The notes under the pieces: model-generated
The model's input: only the letters and a program-made list of their open reading frames with translations
What the model was told of the DNA's origin: nothing
Database searches by the model: none
Origin: Verrucomicrobiota bacterium
GTDB taxonomy: Bacteria > Verrucomicrobiota > Verrucomicrobiia > Limisphaerales > CANJXF01
Direction of reading: 5' to 3'
Length of the DNA: 48,622 nucleotides
NCBI GenBank assembly: GCA_038214755.1
Contig: JBBQRQ010000031.1
Location: forward strand, 1 to 48,622
In this document: positions 36,968 to 46,597 of the stretch, piece after piece
How positions within the stretch are numbered: position 1 is the stretch's first letter
Layout of the letters: each line of letters opens with the position of its first letter
Translations under genes and position numbers: made by a program

Positions 36968-38385
36968 GTGACCGCTTTCTTCGCCCTCTCGATTTCCGCA
37001 ATTTTAATTTGCCTCACCACTGGATGTAACTCGGCGCGAATTCTTTCCGCACCCAGAGGAGCGCTGAAGTGGCCGTCACGGAAGTTTCAGATTACGTCTT
37101 TGGCGGCTACACCGGTGAATTTCCCAGTCCGCCCCACGCCGATCTAAATCCGAAACGTGCCGTCATCATTTCGTGGAAGCACTTTCCCTTTCGTTTTGTT
37201 TTTGCGCACGAGGGCAGCTATTGCCCGTGGTTTGAATTTCCTTCCGGCGCGGGACATTGTTTTCAATTTTTTGAAGGCAACGACGGATGGGCCGAACTCT
37301 TCAACAGCTTTGGACGACAGGAGACAAACAGCTTTGTCGAAGTGCTCGAACGCGGACCGAAACAAGTTCACGTGCGCTGGACTTATTTCGGAGTCAATCA
37401 GGCCAACGGCGCGCGCGCTTATCGCGCCACGGAAGATTTCTGGGCTTTCCCCAACGGCCATATTTTGCGCCGACAAAGTTTGGCAACACTCATGCCCGGC
37501 AATCATCGTGGTTACGCGCGCGAACCGATTGAAATGATCGGCATGTGTCCCAAAGAAAAATTGTGGTTCGATGTTTTGCAGCGCGATCCCGCCACCGGCG
37601 ACAGCCATTCGCTCGCTGTTCTCGACGCCTTTTCCACAAATCGCTACGACGTTTTCTGGCGACGCGACACGAACACACTTTATAAATCCACCCCGCGGCG
37701 CACGGGCAGTCCTTGGAAACTTCTCGACGATTCGCGCGGAGTTGCACTCGTCACGCCGCTGCGCGAGGGCGCGGCGTTTTGCGTGCTCGGCGACGCCGGT
37801 GGTTATGGTCACGACTTCACCCGCATCAAAGATCATTCATACCAGGATACCGGCGGCATCGGCTGGGTTTCGCAATGCTGGGATCATTGGCCCATCGGCT
37901 GGCTCAACAGTCAGGGGAGCGAAGTCAACGCCGAGTCGCTCAAGAAATATCCCAATCATTTTTCGCCCTCGGGAATGGACATGTTTGCGCTGCCCAACGA
38001 ACAGGTCGAGCGCCGCGATTTTTATTCGCTGATCGGCGTCGGTGGTAATGATCTCGATGTCGTGCGCAACATTGCGCGGAGTTGGCTCAACCTCGGGGAA
38101 AAAGAAATTTCTAATTTGGAAAAAGTGCGCCTACTCCCTTCAACTGCCGGTAAAATAATTGCGAAATTTTTTCTGCGTCACACCGTCTCTGGGAAACGAA
38201 AAAGATTTTTTTCGCGATCTGTTTCGCCATCGCTTTTGCGAATGGCGCATCTGCAAAATCGCCGTGGCCCAACATCGTTTTCATTCTCACGGACAACCAT
38301 GGCGCGTGGACGCTGGGCTGCTATGGCAACAAGGAAATTCGCACGCCGAATATTGATAAGCTCGCGGCGGCTTCGCCATTTATGA
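36968..38385 (+). pseudogene. Hypothetical probable lipoprotein with apparent frameshifts near 37035 and 38152
   Basis: A lipoprotein-like signal (TAFFALSISAILICLTTGC from GTG 36968) is out of frame with the 37069 ORF; the tail after about 38150 reads through a different gene. Confidence 0.5.
38196..38369 (+). pseudogene. Sulfatase N-terminal fragment (start codon ACG, truncated)
   Basis: [57 protein letters not shown]. Confidence 0.8.
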
Positions 38386-38565
38386 GTTGGCGCGACTTGG
38401 CTGATTTGCGGTGCCAGCCGCAGTGGCAGGCTCACGGCGAAAAAGCTCCTTCGCCAACGTCGCGATCTGCCCGGTAATGCTGGCTGACTCAAAAGATCCC
38501 GACGCTGGCACACGCTCCAGGAGTTTTTTGAGTTCTTCCGCTTTTTTCTGGTCTTGATCGCTCAT
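38380..38565 (-). CDS. Small hypothetical protein
   Basis: Helical 61-aa ORF starting 2 nt after the upstream gene. Confidence 0.45.
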   Translation of the reverse strand: MSDQDQKKAEELKKLLERVPASGSFESASITGQIATLAKELFRREPATAAGTANQPSRANS

Positions 38566-38567
38566 AA

Positions 38568-38951
38568 CTATTTTTGTGATTTCACAATATCCTCCAAAAC
38601 TTTGGCGAGGTCAATCTTGGCTGCGCGCTCGGCCTCTTTCTGAGCCATTGTGGTAAGAATCTTCGCGCCGCTGATGCCCACGAGAATCGAACTGACTAGT
38701 TGGGCAACGGGAAGATGAAAATCAGGCGCCGCTTTCTGTGCAAGATCATATGTAGCCAGTGGGCCGTAAACGCCCCACACGACGACAGCAGCGACAGCTC
38801 CTATCACAATATTTGCGATCCATCCGGGCTTCCAGACTTTGTGCGTTGCGTCGCTGTGCGGCAATGCGAACTCGCCAGACAATAAGCAATTTGTAACACC
38901 ACCAATGATACCTAGAAACGCAACGGCCAAGAGTGTCATCCAAATATTCAT
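38568..38951 (-). CDS. Three-TM small membrane protein (DUF4257-like)
   Basis: G.IGG..N, PGWIANIVIGAVAA, LVGISGAKIL; lower GC than flanks. Confidence 0.6.
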   Translation of the reverse strand: MNIWMTLLAVAFLGIIGGVTNCLLSGEFALPHSDATHKVWKPGWIANIVIGAVAAVVVWGVYGPLATYDLAQKAAPDFHLPVAQLVSSILVGISGAKILTTMAQKEAERAAKIDLAKVLEDIVKSQK

Positions 38952-39262
38952 AAGGGTGATTAAATTCGACTCACAAGTGTTATCCGCAGAATCGCGCCAC
39001 ACTACGGTTGTTGTGACCCTGGCGGGTTGAGGTGATTAGAAACTTTTTTGTGAATTGAACAAGAGAATAGTGGGAAGTTTTTTTTCCTCAACTTGTCACC
39101 ACATCAACTGCTTGCCCACGAACCGCGCAAGCTTTGCGACTGCGAAGAAGGGAAATCCAATGAACGAAAATGTTGCCTTCAATGTGCCGATCAGGTGCCG
39201 ACGAACGCGCCGAGCAGATTGCAGGCGTTCGTGCCTGCGGACTCGAAGAAATTTTGGGTGGA

Positions 39263-42200
39263 TCACTCTTCCAACCGCGCGCCAATGGTCGCGAGTTCGC
39301 TCAAGCGGTCCAGTGGTTGATGGGCGCTCCACGCGATGCCGCGCAAAATGAGAATGCGAAAAAGTGGATCATCAAACGTCCAGGTGTAATGGCCGGGAAT
39401 CGAAACGACAACACGACCTCGCCCTTGTTCGCGCACCCACATGAGCGGCCGATTTTTTCCATCTTCGATTCCGCTCGCGAGCAATTGGAGATTGGTCTCA
39501 CTGCCAATCAGGTTCCAATAGGACTCGTCAACAAACTGAGTCGCCTTAAAATTTTCCGTGATGGGATGCGGTTGAAATTTTAAATCGATCCCGCCATGTC
39601 GGAATTTCGATGCGCCTCCGCGCCAGGCCAGTCCAATGCGTTGCGCGAGTTCGTCGCAGTTCGCGTGCCCATCCACTGCGAAATGGATGTAAACCAAACC
39701 ACCGCCGCGATTGAGAAATGAATCCAGTTCGGTGGCGCGACTGGCCGACCAACCCGGATTGTTCGAGTAGAAAATCACCACCGTTGCTTTGTTGAATTGC
39801 TCCGCAGTGGGCCACTCAGAAATCGTCTCAACCGAAATATTTTCCGCCAGCGCCAGCAATTTCGACCAGCGCTTTTGCCAGAGAGGATAGTCGTGTTCAC
39901 TCGGGCCGTGATCTTTTGGTCCGGCACAAAGAAGAAGGTGCATGGGTTTTAATTCGACGTTCGCAGAATTTATTTTTCCCAACACCGCTTCAACCTCGGC
40001 TCGTTTTCTCGGCGGCGGCTCTCCACCGATTTCGAGCGTTGCCGGCTGCAATGGTTCGGGCATCAACAAAAACGTCAGCAAATCTTTTCGATCATTTTCC
40101 GCAAGCGCTTCGAGCAAACCTTCCGGCATCAACGACACTGTGGAAGGTTTCATCGAACGAATATTGCTTCGCGCAATGTGTGTCGTTTGTCCGCCGGCAT
40201 CAGCGAGAAATAATTCCGCGTCGTTGCCGCCGATGGAAACTCCGCTCAACGAATCGCCATTCTTCAAGTCGATGTTGTAGGCGACGTGATCTGGATTGAT
40301 CGCGGCGCTGGGTTGAAGAATGTCCTTCAGCACGGACGGATAATCACGATGCATGAGGTTCGATAAATCAGGGCCGACCTTCGCGCCTTTTCCGTGGATC
40401 AAATGGCATTTCGCACAAGCGGCTTGCTCGCCAAAAAATATTTTGTTTCCCTTCAACCAGTTTCCTCCCGCCAGTTCTGGAATCACGCGCTCCGTTTCTT
40501 CTGGAATGGAATTCTCCGCTGGCCTGGCCCACGGCAATAAAATCCTCCGCAACGGAAGCGGACGGATTCTTTCGTCCTCTGCGGTAAACCATGACACGGC
40601 CAAAGTCGGCGCGACGCTGGCCGAAGTTTGCAAGTTGAGTTCCAGCGGAATCCACTCGTTGGATTTCAGTGTGACCGTCAGGCGAGATTCGTTCCCGTTA
40701 ACTCGCTCCACCTTTGCCGAACGCGCGGTGATTTCCATTGGCAAATCAGATTGGAAAACAACGGTCACAGTTTCGTTCGGATATTCGAAATCCAGTTTGC
40801 CGCCGGGCTGAGTGGCCGAGCGGAGCATCTGCCATAAATCCAACTGCGCCTTCAAATTTAATTTGCCCGCCTTTGAAAGCGCCGCCCAAAATGGTGAATG
40901 AGCGGCGCTCTGTTCCGTAAAATCTCGCGCCACGGAAAAGTCCAAATGCGGCAACCACGTTTTCAGTTTTGTTCCTCCAACAGTAGCCTCCCAAATCGCT
41001 TCCGCGCCGGAGAGGTCGTGAGCGAGTTCGATCGTGCCACGCGAAATGTTTTCCAGTGAAGGCAATGTGATCGCGTAATGCACCGCTGAACTTCGCGGCG
41101 TGGTGCGGATCGCCAAAGTCAGGCCATCGGAATCGAGCGCGGTGGAATGCACTTCCAATTCCAGACGCGGCTCGGCCAATTGGTTCACCACCGTTTGGTA
41201 GCCGGGTCGCAACGTTTCAAAACGATCTCCCGCGCTGACATAACGACCTTCTGTTACGACGATTTTATTTTTCAAATCCTTGAGCCGCGTCGCATCCAGC
41301 GGACGATCAAATTCGATCAGCGTTTCGGTCGGACTTGCCGCCCACAGCGCAACGGGCTGCGGCGAATCTTTTTTGGAATACGAAATTTTGAAAAGTTTCC
41401 CCGCGCCAGTTGGCCCGCTGCCCCAATCGGGCTGGCCGCTGTGCGTTGACACTACCAGTTCGCCGCGAGGCGAGACGCAGACATCAGCAGGCAGCATGTT
41501 CACGCTGCCGATGATTTCATTTTGCGCGACGTAACCCGATTTTGTTTTGACCAGCTTGGTGCGAAATAATTTTCCGCGTGAATAACCTGCGACCAACGCA
41601 TCTCCTCGCCAGCTTTCTGGACCGAAGATGGGTCCGCCATTGACCGGCTCGTTGAAATTCAAACCGCAAGTCGATTGATGCTGCGGCGCATAATCAAAAA
41701 CGCTCGGCTCATCGATCACGCCCGGCAGATGTTTTGGATGTCGCGGCGGAAATCCGTAGTGCCGCCCTCTCTCGATAAAAAGAAGTTCGTCCAGCGGATT
41801 TCCATTTGGCAACCACGTGGCGCCTTCCTGATCGGTGCAAAACAAATCGCCCGCGGAATTGAAGGCCAGCGCCACCGGAAAACGAATCCCGGTGCAGACG
41901 ATTTCGCGTTTGGAAAAATCCGGCGAAACTTTGAGAATAGTTCCGCGTTCGTTTTTCAAATCGTAACGTGCGCGGCCTGTCTTGGAATCAATGAGATAAG
42001 CGTCGGTGAAATTTGCGGTGCCCAAGCCAAAATAAATGCTGCCGTCCTGATCCACTGCCACGCCAAGCGCATCAACGTTATGCCACAACTCCTGCCAGCC
42101 TTTGGCGACAATGATTTCTTGATCCGCAATGTCGTCGTTATTCGTATCGACAATCAGCGAAAGTTTTCCTTTCGATGGGACGAACACGCCGCGTCCGTTC

Positions 42201-43372
42201 GGATAATTCGGCGGCGTGAGCGCCATGCCAATGGGCGAGCGCAATGTCGGCTGGTTCCAAAATGGCATCGCTTTGTCTTCGAGGCCGTCGCCGTCCGTGT
42301 CGGAGAGCAGCCAGATATTTCCATCGTAACCGAGCGCGACGAGTTTCCCGTCCTCGCGATATTTGACGCAGTTGACGTTGTTCAACTGCACCGGAATTTC
42401 TTTTGCTTCGAAGCCGGGCAAAAACATTTTCACCGGCGGGCCGTTGGTAATTGTTTCCAGCGGCACAACTTTTTTTCCAGCGATCTGGAGCGAAAAAATT
42501 TTCGTGGCGAGAAAGCGATTTACCGAAGCGCGTTCTTCGTCAGTCAAGACGCGGCTGTAAATGAGCACTTGAGAAATATCGCCGTCGAAAAAACCTTGAA
42601 CGTGCGCGGGTTCGCCGTTGTTGGAATAAAATCGCGCGCCGATGGTCAACAAATCAAAAGCAATCGTCGGCGCGGTGCGCTCGCGTTCGTCCGAAAAAAA
42701 ATTGTCCGCCCAAAGTTTAACCCGGTTCATCTCCCCGCCCGAGGCGATGGCGAGCACGTGCATTTGCTCGAATGGAAATTCCATTTTCAACATGTCACGA
42801 ATTCCAGTGAAGCTGTTGCCTTCGATGTTCACGGCCGCGAAGCGATCACTTTTGTTTCCAAGATCGATGTTGATGCCAGTAGAATAATCATTCTTGCCGC
42901 TGCGACTCGTTGCTAGAAACGCCCGCAAGCCGCCTTCATTCGTGCGCGGGGCCGTCTGGATAAAAATTGTAAAATTGGTCAGGTCTTGTTCGCGCCTGCT
43001 CATCATGAGGAAATCGTCTTTGCCATCGAAGCGAACTGTCGTACCGCGCAAACCCTGGATCACGCGGGGCCTGGCGCTCGGCACGAATTGGACGACATCT
43101 CGTTTGTGGCCGGAGGCGTCGTGCCAGATGTCGAGCGGCGCGCCATTTGGAATTCGAGGCAATTCTTCTTTGGGCCGAAATTTTTTTGAAGGAGTGCGCG
43201 CCGGATTTTCGCGTGAAGCATCCAGCCATAATTCCAATCCGGCGCGGACCGGCAATTGATCGTCCGCCCACGGTTCAAGAGCGGGCAGCGAAAAAATTCC
43301 AGCCATCCAGATGGACGCGCAGAGAAATCCCAGCGTGATTTGCCGTCGAGAAAATATTCGTCGTTCAAGCAT
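39263..43372 (-). CDS. PVC-type heme-binding dehydrogenase-like protein: LamG-like N-terminus, beta-propeller, cytochrome c (CAKCH) and ThuA-like C-terminus
   Basis: LWLDA, DTDGDG..D, G.HYGFP, CAKCH...VGPDLS...SLMPEGL, DHGPSEHDY...GHY. Confidence 0.85.
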   Translation of the reverse strand: MLERRIFSRRQITLGFLCASIWMAGIFSLPALEPWADDQLPVRAGLELWLDASRENPARTPSKKFRPKEELPRIPNGAPLDIWHDASGHKRDVVQFVPSARPRVIQGLRGTTVRFDGKDDFLMMSRREQDLTNFTIFIQTAPRTNEGGLRAFLATSRSGKNDYSTGINIDLGNKSDRFAAVNIEGNSFTGIRDMLKMEFPFEQMHVLAIASGGEMNRVKLWADNFFSDERERTAPTIAFDLLTIGARFYSNNGEPAHVQGFFDGDISQVLIYSRVLTDEERASVNRFLATKIFSLQIAGKKVVPLETITNGPPVKMFLPGFEAKEIPVQLNNVNCVKYREDGKLVALGYDGNIWLLSDTDGDGLEDKAMPFWNQPTLRSPIGMALTPPNYPNGRGVFVPSKGKLSLIVDTNNDDIADQEIIVAKGWQELWHNVDALGVAVDQDGSIYFGLGTANFTDAYLIDSKTGRARYDLKNERGTILKVSPDFSKREIVCTGIRFPVALAFNSAGDLFCTDQEGATWLPNGNPLDELLFIERGRHYGFPPRHPKHLPGVIDEPSVFDYAPQHQSTCGLNFNEPVNGGPIFGPESWRGDALVAGYSRGKLFRTKLVKTKSGYVAQNEIIGSVNMLPADVCVSPRGELVVSTHSGQPDWGSGPTGAGKLFKISYSKKDSPQPVALWAASPTETLIEFDRPLDATRLKDLKNKIVVTEGRYVSAGDRFETLRPGYQTVVNQLAEPRLELEVHSTALDSDGLTLAIRTTPRSSAVHYAITLPSLENISRGTIELAHDLSGAEAIWEATVGGTKLKTWLPHLDFSVARDFTEQSAAHSPFWAALSKAGKLNLKAQLDLWQMLRSATQPGGKLDFEYPNETVTVVFQSDLPMEITARSAKVERVNGNESRLTVTLKSNEWIPLELNLQTSASVAPTLAVSWFTAEDERIRPLPLRRILLPWARPAENSIPEETERVIPELAGGNWLKGNKIFFGEQAACAKCHLIHGKGAKVGPDLSNLMHRDYPSVLKDILQPSAAINPDHVAYNIDLKNGDSLSGVSIGGNDAELFLADAGGQTTHIARSNIRSMKPSTVSLMPEGLLEALAENDRKDLLTFLLMPEPLQPATLEIGGEPPPRKRAEVEAVLGKINSANVELKPMHLLLCAGPKDHGPSEHDYPLWQKRWSKLLALAENISVETISEWPTAEQFNKATVVIFYSNNPGWSASRATELDSFLNRGGGLVYIHFAVDGHANCDELAQRIGLAWRGGASKFRHGGIDLKFQPHPITENFKATQFVDESYWNLIGSETNLQLLASGIEDGKNRPLMWVREQGRGRVVVSIPGHYTWTFDDPLFRILILRGIAWSAHQPLDRLSELATIGARLEE

Positions 43373-43442
43373 GAATGGAGAGAGGCTGCCTGTTTGTATT
43401 TAAGATTTGGAGGGGAAAATAAAAGATTCTGTGTGATAGGGG

Positions 43443-43594
43443 ATCTTGACACTACCACCAAAGTAGTGGGGCAGACATCTTGTCTGCCTGCGGGGCTTCC
43501 AGCCCCAAGAGCAGGATTCGCGGGCAAGATGCCCGTTCGGCAGGCTGGAAGCCTGCCCCACTACATCGAATCGCTTTGGTGGTAGTATCAAGAT
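43443..43594. repeat. Family C REP cluster (43463-43564) nested in an outer inverted repeat
   Basis: Outer atcttgacactaccaccaaag / ctttggtggtagtatcaagat; inner gtagtggggcag...ctgccccactac. Confidence 0.85.
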
Positions 43595-43623
43595 GCGCCC
43601 TGTGTGATAAGGCCGGTGACACC

Positions 43624-43814
43624 GTAGCCGCCGACGGGAGGAGAACCCGGCACCATGAACCGGCCAGCGTTGGTAGGGCGCGTCACTCCGTGCGCGCCGG
43701 GGCGAAGCCAAGCCAAATGCGGCGCGCACGGAGTGACACGCCCTACCCTTAGTTTCATAGATAGGCGGATTTGTGTTTTTCAGCCGAAATCCGCCTCCTC
43801 ACGTCGTCGGCTAC
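43624..43814. repeat. prfC-type REP pair enclosing another REP pair (43672-43747)
   Basis: Outer gtagccgccgacg...cgtcgtcggctac; inner ggtagggcgcgtcactccgtgcgcgcc...gcgcgcacggagtgacacgccctacc. Confidence 0.85.
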
Positions 43815-43841
43815 AATTCACTTAATCCGATAAGTGTTCAT

Positions 43842-46448
43842 TTACGGCGAACGTAGTTGATAAAACCGGCGTGAAGAATTCGTCGCGGTCGCGTCGATGA
43901 ATTGATAGAGGCCGGGACTAATTTGCGTGGCCGCGCCCAACGACGCCCAGTTGGTGAGATTCGTGGACGCATACACCGCCGCGCTCAGGCCGCTGTTGTT
44001 GGTGTAGGAAAATTGAAACCTCCCGTCGCCGAGTCGCACGGGATTGATCAGGCGAGTAATGAACGATACTGCCCCGGCAGGCGTCGCCTCCGCCCAGGAA
44101 TTCCCGATGCGCAACTCGTCCCATTGCATTGCGGCCGGCACACTCACCGCCGTGTTCTGCCGAAGGTTGAAACGGTCAATGGTAAATCCATCCGTGCCGG
44201 TGGTCGCGGCAATGAAACCGTTCGTCGGATCTGTGTTGGAACCGAACGTGGATGAACTCGGATTGATCCACAAAGAAACAGCGTTGGGCGACGCATTGAA
44301 ATCATATTTGCCCACGAAGAAAATAGTATCGTTCGTCTGATATTCAGTCGTATCGAAAGTTGGTAAAACACCCGTGCCGCCTTTTTGCACGCCGATGACG
44401 TAGCCCGCAGCGGAATTGCTTCTCACGAGAATCTGAAGTCGAAAGCTGCTGCTATCCGTCGCGGTCAATGCGCCGACTTGCGCAGACGCGCCGGTCCAGG
44501 TGCCGTAGCCGAGATCGTTGATTCTAAACAACGCCGATACATACAGAGTCCCGCTATTTAAATTCGTCCCGAACAATCGCCGAACGCCCAGACCCGCGCC
44601 GCCGTTCGTCACGCTGTTCCCAATCGACGTCGCCAGACCAACATAGGAAAGATTGCCGCTCGTCACATTCAAATCATTCGCCCCCGTTCCGCCAGTCACC
44701 CAGTTCGCCGGTGTGTTGCTGCTGACGGGGCCGCCGATATTCGGATAATCAAATGGTTCATACAGAACGGGCAAATTCGAAACCACCGTCAAAGTCGCCA
44801 CGATGCTCGTCGTGCTCCCGAAGGAATTATAGGCGACAAAAGAATAACTGCCTGCATTCGTCGCTTGCACATTGGCGCGCGTGTAACTGTTCGTCGTAGC
44901 GCTGGGAATGTTCACTCCGTTGAATTTCCATTGATAACTCAGCGGAGCCGCGCCCGCCGCTCGACCGGTAAAAGTCGCATTGGCGCCAAGCGTGACTGTC
45001 GTATTCGCAGGCTGACTTGTGATCACCGGCGGACCGGTCAACGCCGCGCCAATAAACGGAGCGCCATCCGAAAATTTAAATAATGCCGCGTCGCCGCCAT
45101 TTAGATTTAAAACCAATTGCCGGAAACCATTCGTCAGCGGCAACGACTGGACTTCCACCAGGCCAGTGAGCGGGTTCAACATTTCCACTGCGGTCAATGC
45201 GCTGGCGAAGTTCAATTTAATTTCCTGCAAACACTCCGCCGCCGTGCCCGTCAAATCGCTCAAGCCATTCACGACCATCAGATAAACTTCGTTCGTATAG
45301 TTCGTCCCATCGAACGTTTCATCGAGCGGCGTGAACCACGACACGATCACGTTGCCGGGCTGGCCGTTATTTCTTGTGCCCTTGTTCGTCACCACCCAAT
45401 TGTTCGTGAGATACGGATCGTTCCGTTGATACGCCCAATCGGTCGCAGGGTCGCCGCCGCCCGGACCGGCGTAGAAGCCAATGGGAAATGGATTGAGCGC
45501 GCCGCTGGAATTGCGTCCGAGAATGAACATCATGCTCGTGGTCCGCAAATCAGGAAAAGAAACATCCGCCACCGGCTTCAATCGCACCAGAGCCTTGCCA
45601 AAATTCCGCGCGCGCAGGGCGGCAATGGCTTTCTCGTAGTAAAGCGAGGTGGGCGCATTGTCTCCGCCTAGAGCATTGGTGAAGAGCGACGACGCGCCGC
45701 TGTTGTAAGTAAAATCAATCAGCGTCTTGCAGTTGAACGCGAGCGCGGCGGAATGTTGCAAACGCAATTCCGAAGGCGACGGCGCACTGACGTTTTCCGT
45801 CCCGGAACTATAGGTCTGCAAATAAGTTGCCAACGGAATATTCGCTCCCTTGGCGTGCTGGCGATAACGGCGCATATCTCCATACCAATTCACCAGCGTC
45901 TCGTATTTGTTGCCGGAACCATCCAGACGAAATGGATAAGCATCGAAACAAAGCATGTCGGGCTGTGCGCGCGTGACGAAGTCGCCCAACTGGGCGTCGC
46001 CGACCTGGCCTCCATAGTTGTTGTGAAATAAAATCGCGTTCGGCCAATTCGCGCGAAAGGCGTTGAACCAGTTGACCAATCGCGTGCGCGTCGCGTCGTC
46101 GTTTAACTCCCATTCGTCGCCCAATTGGATCATCATCAGTTGGTTCGTATAAGGCCCTTCGCTTCCGAGCGGTGGCATTTCCGTTTCATTACGCGCCCAG
46201 CGCGCCCACGGAAATCCCGGCACTGCGCCCATGGCGGATGGTGTCGAATCCCAAATCCAATTCATCGCGGTGTAGTTGGCGTTGCTGTAAGTGGTCAAGT
46301 GGAACGGATCAAAATTGGAAATCATCCCCTGCACCTGGAAGCCGCGATTGATGAGGATTTGTTGCCCCTTGCTCACCTGGGCGCGGCTGATGAGAGCGGG
46401 CGAGAATGCGAGCAGGCAAAGCGCTAAACAAAAACGTTGGAAACGCAT
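43842..46448 (-). CDS. Secreted modular protein: putative TIM-barrel glycoside hydrolase-like domain, Ig domain, beta-sandwich and RFY-type C-terminal domain
   Basis: Signal peptide; LGDE, PDMLCFDAYP; PPVITSQP...YQWKFNG; RRFYQL tail. Confidence 0.7.
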   Translation of the reverse strand: MRFQRFCLALCLLAFSPALISRAQVSKGQQILINRGFQVQGMISNFDPFHLTTYSNANYTAMNWIWDSTPSAMGAVPGFPWARWARNETEMPPLGSEGPYTNQLMMIQLGDEWELNDDATRTRLVNWFNAFRANWPNAILFHNNYGGQVGDAQLGDFVTRAQPDMLCFDAYPFRLDGSGNKYETLVNWYGDMRRYRQHAKGANIPLATYLQTYSSGTENVSAPSPSELRLQHSAALAFNCKTLIDFTYNSGASSLFTNALGGDNAPTSLYYEKAIAALRARNFGKALVRLKPVADVSFPDLRTTSMMFILGRNSSGALNPFPIGFYAGPGGGDPATDWAYQRNDPYLTNNWVVTNKGTRNNGQPGNVIVSWFTPLDETFDGTNYTNEVYLMVVNGLSDLTGTAAECLQEIKLNFASALTAVEMLNPLTGLVEVQSLPLTNGFRQLVLNLNGGDAALFKFSDGAPFIGAALTGPPVITSQPANTTVTLGANATFTGRAAGAAPLSYQWKFNGVNIPSATTNSYTRANVQATNAGSYSFVAYNSFGSTTSIVATLTVVSNLPVLYEPFDYPNIGGPVSSNTPANWVTGGTGANDLNVTSGNLSYVGLATSIGNSVTNGGAGLGVRRLFGTNLNSGTLYVSALFRINDLGYGTWTGASAQVGALTATDSSSFRLQILVRSNSAAGYVIGVQKGGTGVLPTFDTTEYQTNDTIFFVGKYDFNASPNAVSLWINPSSSTFGSNTDPTNGFIAATTGTDGFTIDRFNLRQNTAVSVPAAMQWDELRIGNSWAEATPAGAVSFITRLINPVRLGDGRFQFSYTNNSGLSAAVYASTNLTNWASLGAATQISPGLYQFIDATATNSSRRFYQLRSP

Positions 46449-46499
46449 AGCCAAGAATAATGCGCCAAAGAAAGAGCAACAAGAAAATAGGTCGCAGCA

Positions 46500-46592
46500 G
46501 GGTTGAGGGTTGAGGGTTGAGAAGGTAAAATCAGTCCCGTCGCTCAACGCTCAACTCATAACCCTCAACCCCCACCGCCCTCAACCCTCAAC
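46500..46592. repeat. Inverted heptamer arrays (gggttga)n / (tcaaccc)n
   Basis: gggttga x3, then ctcaacc-like units directly downstream of intI. Confidence 0.7.
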
Positions 46593-46597
46593 TACCT

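Noticed and set aside
41675..42916. Long antisense ORFs (also 8687-9724, 20567-21523, 27054-28010)
   Set aside because: Shadow frames of well-supported genes on the opposite strand.
43400..43814. CRISPR array or small ORFs
   Set aside because: The repeats are inverted and heterogeneous rather than regularly spaced direct repeats; no cas genes in the window.
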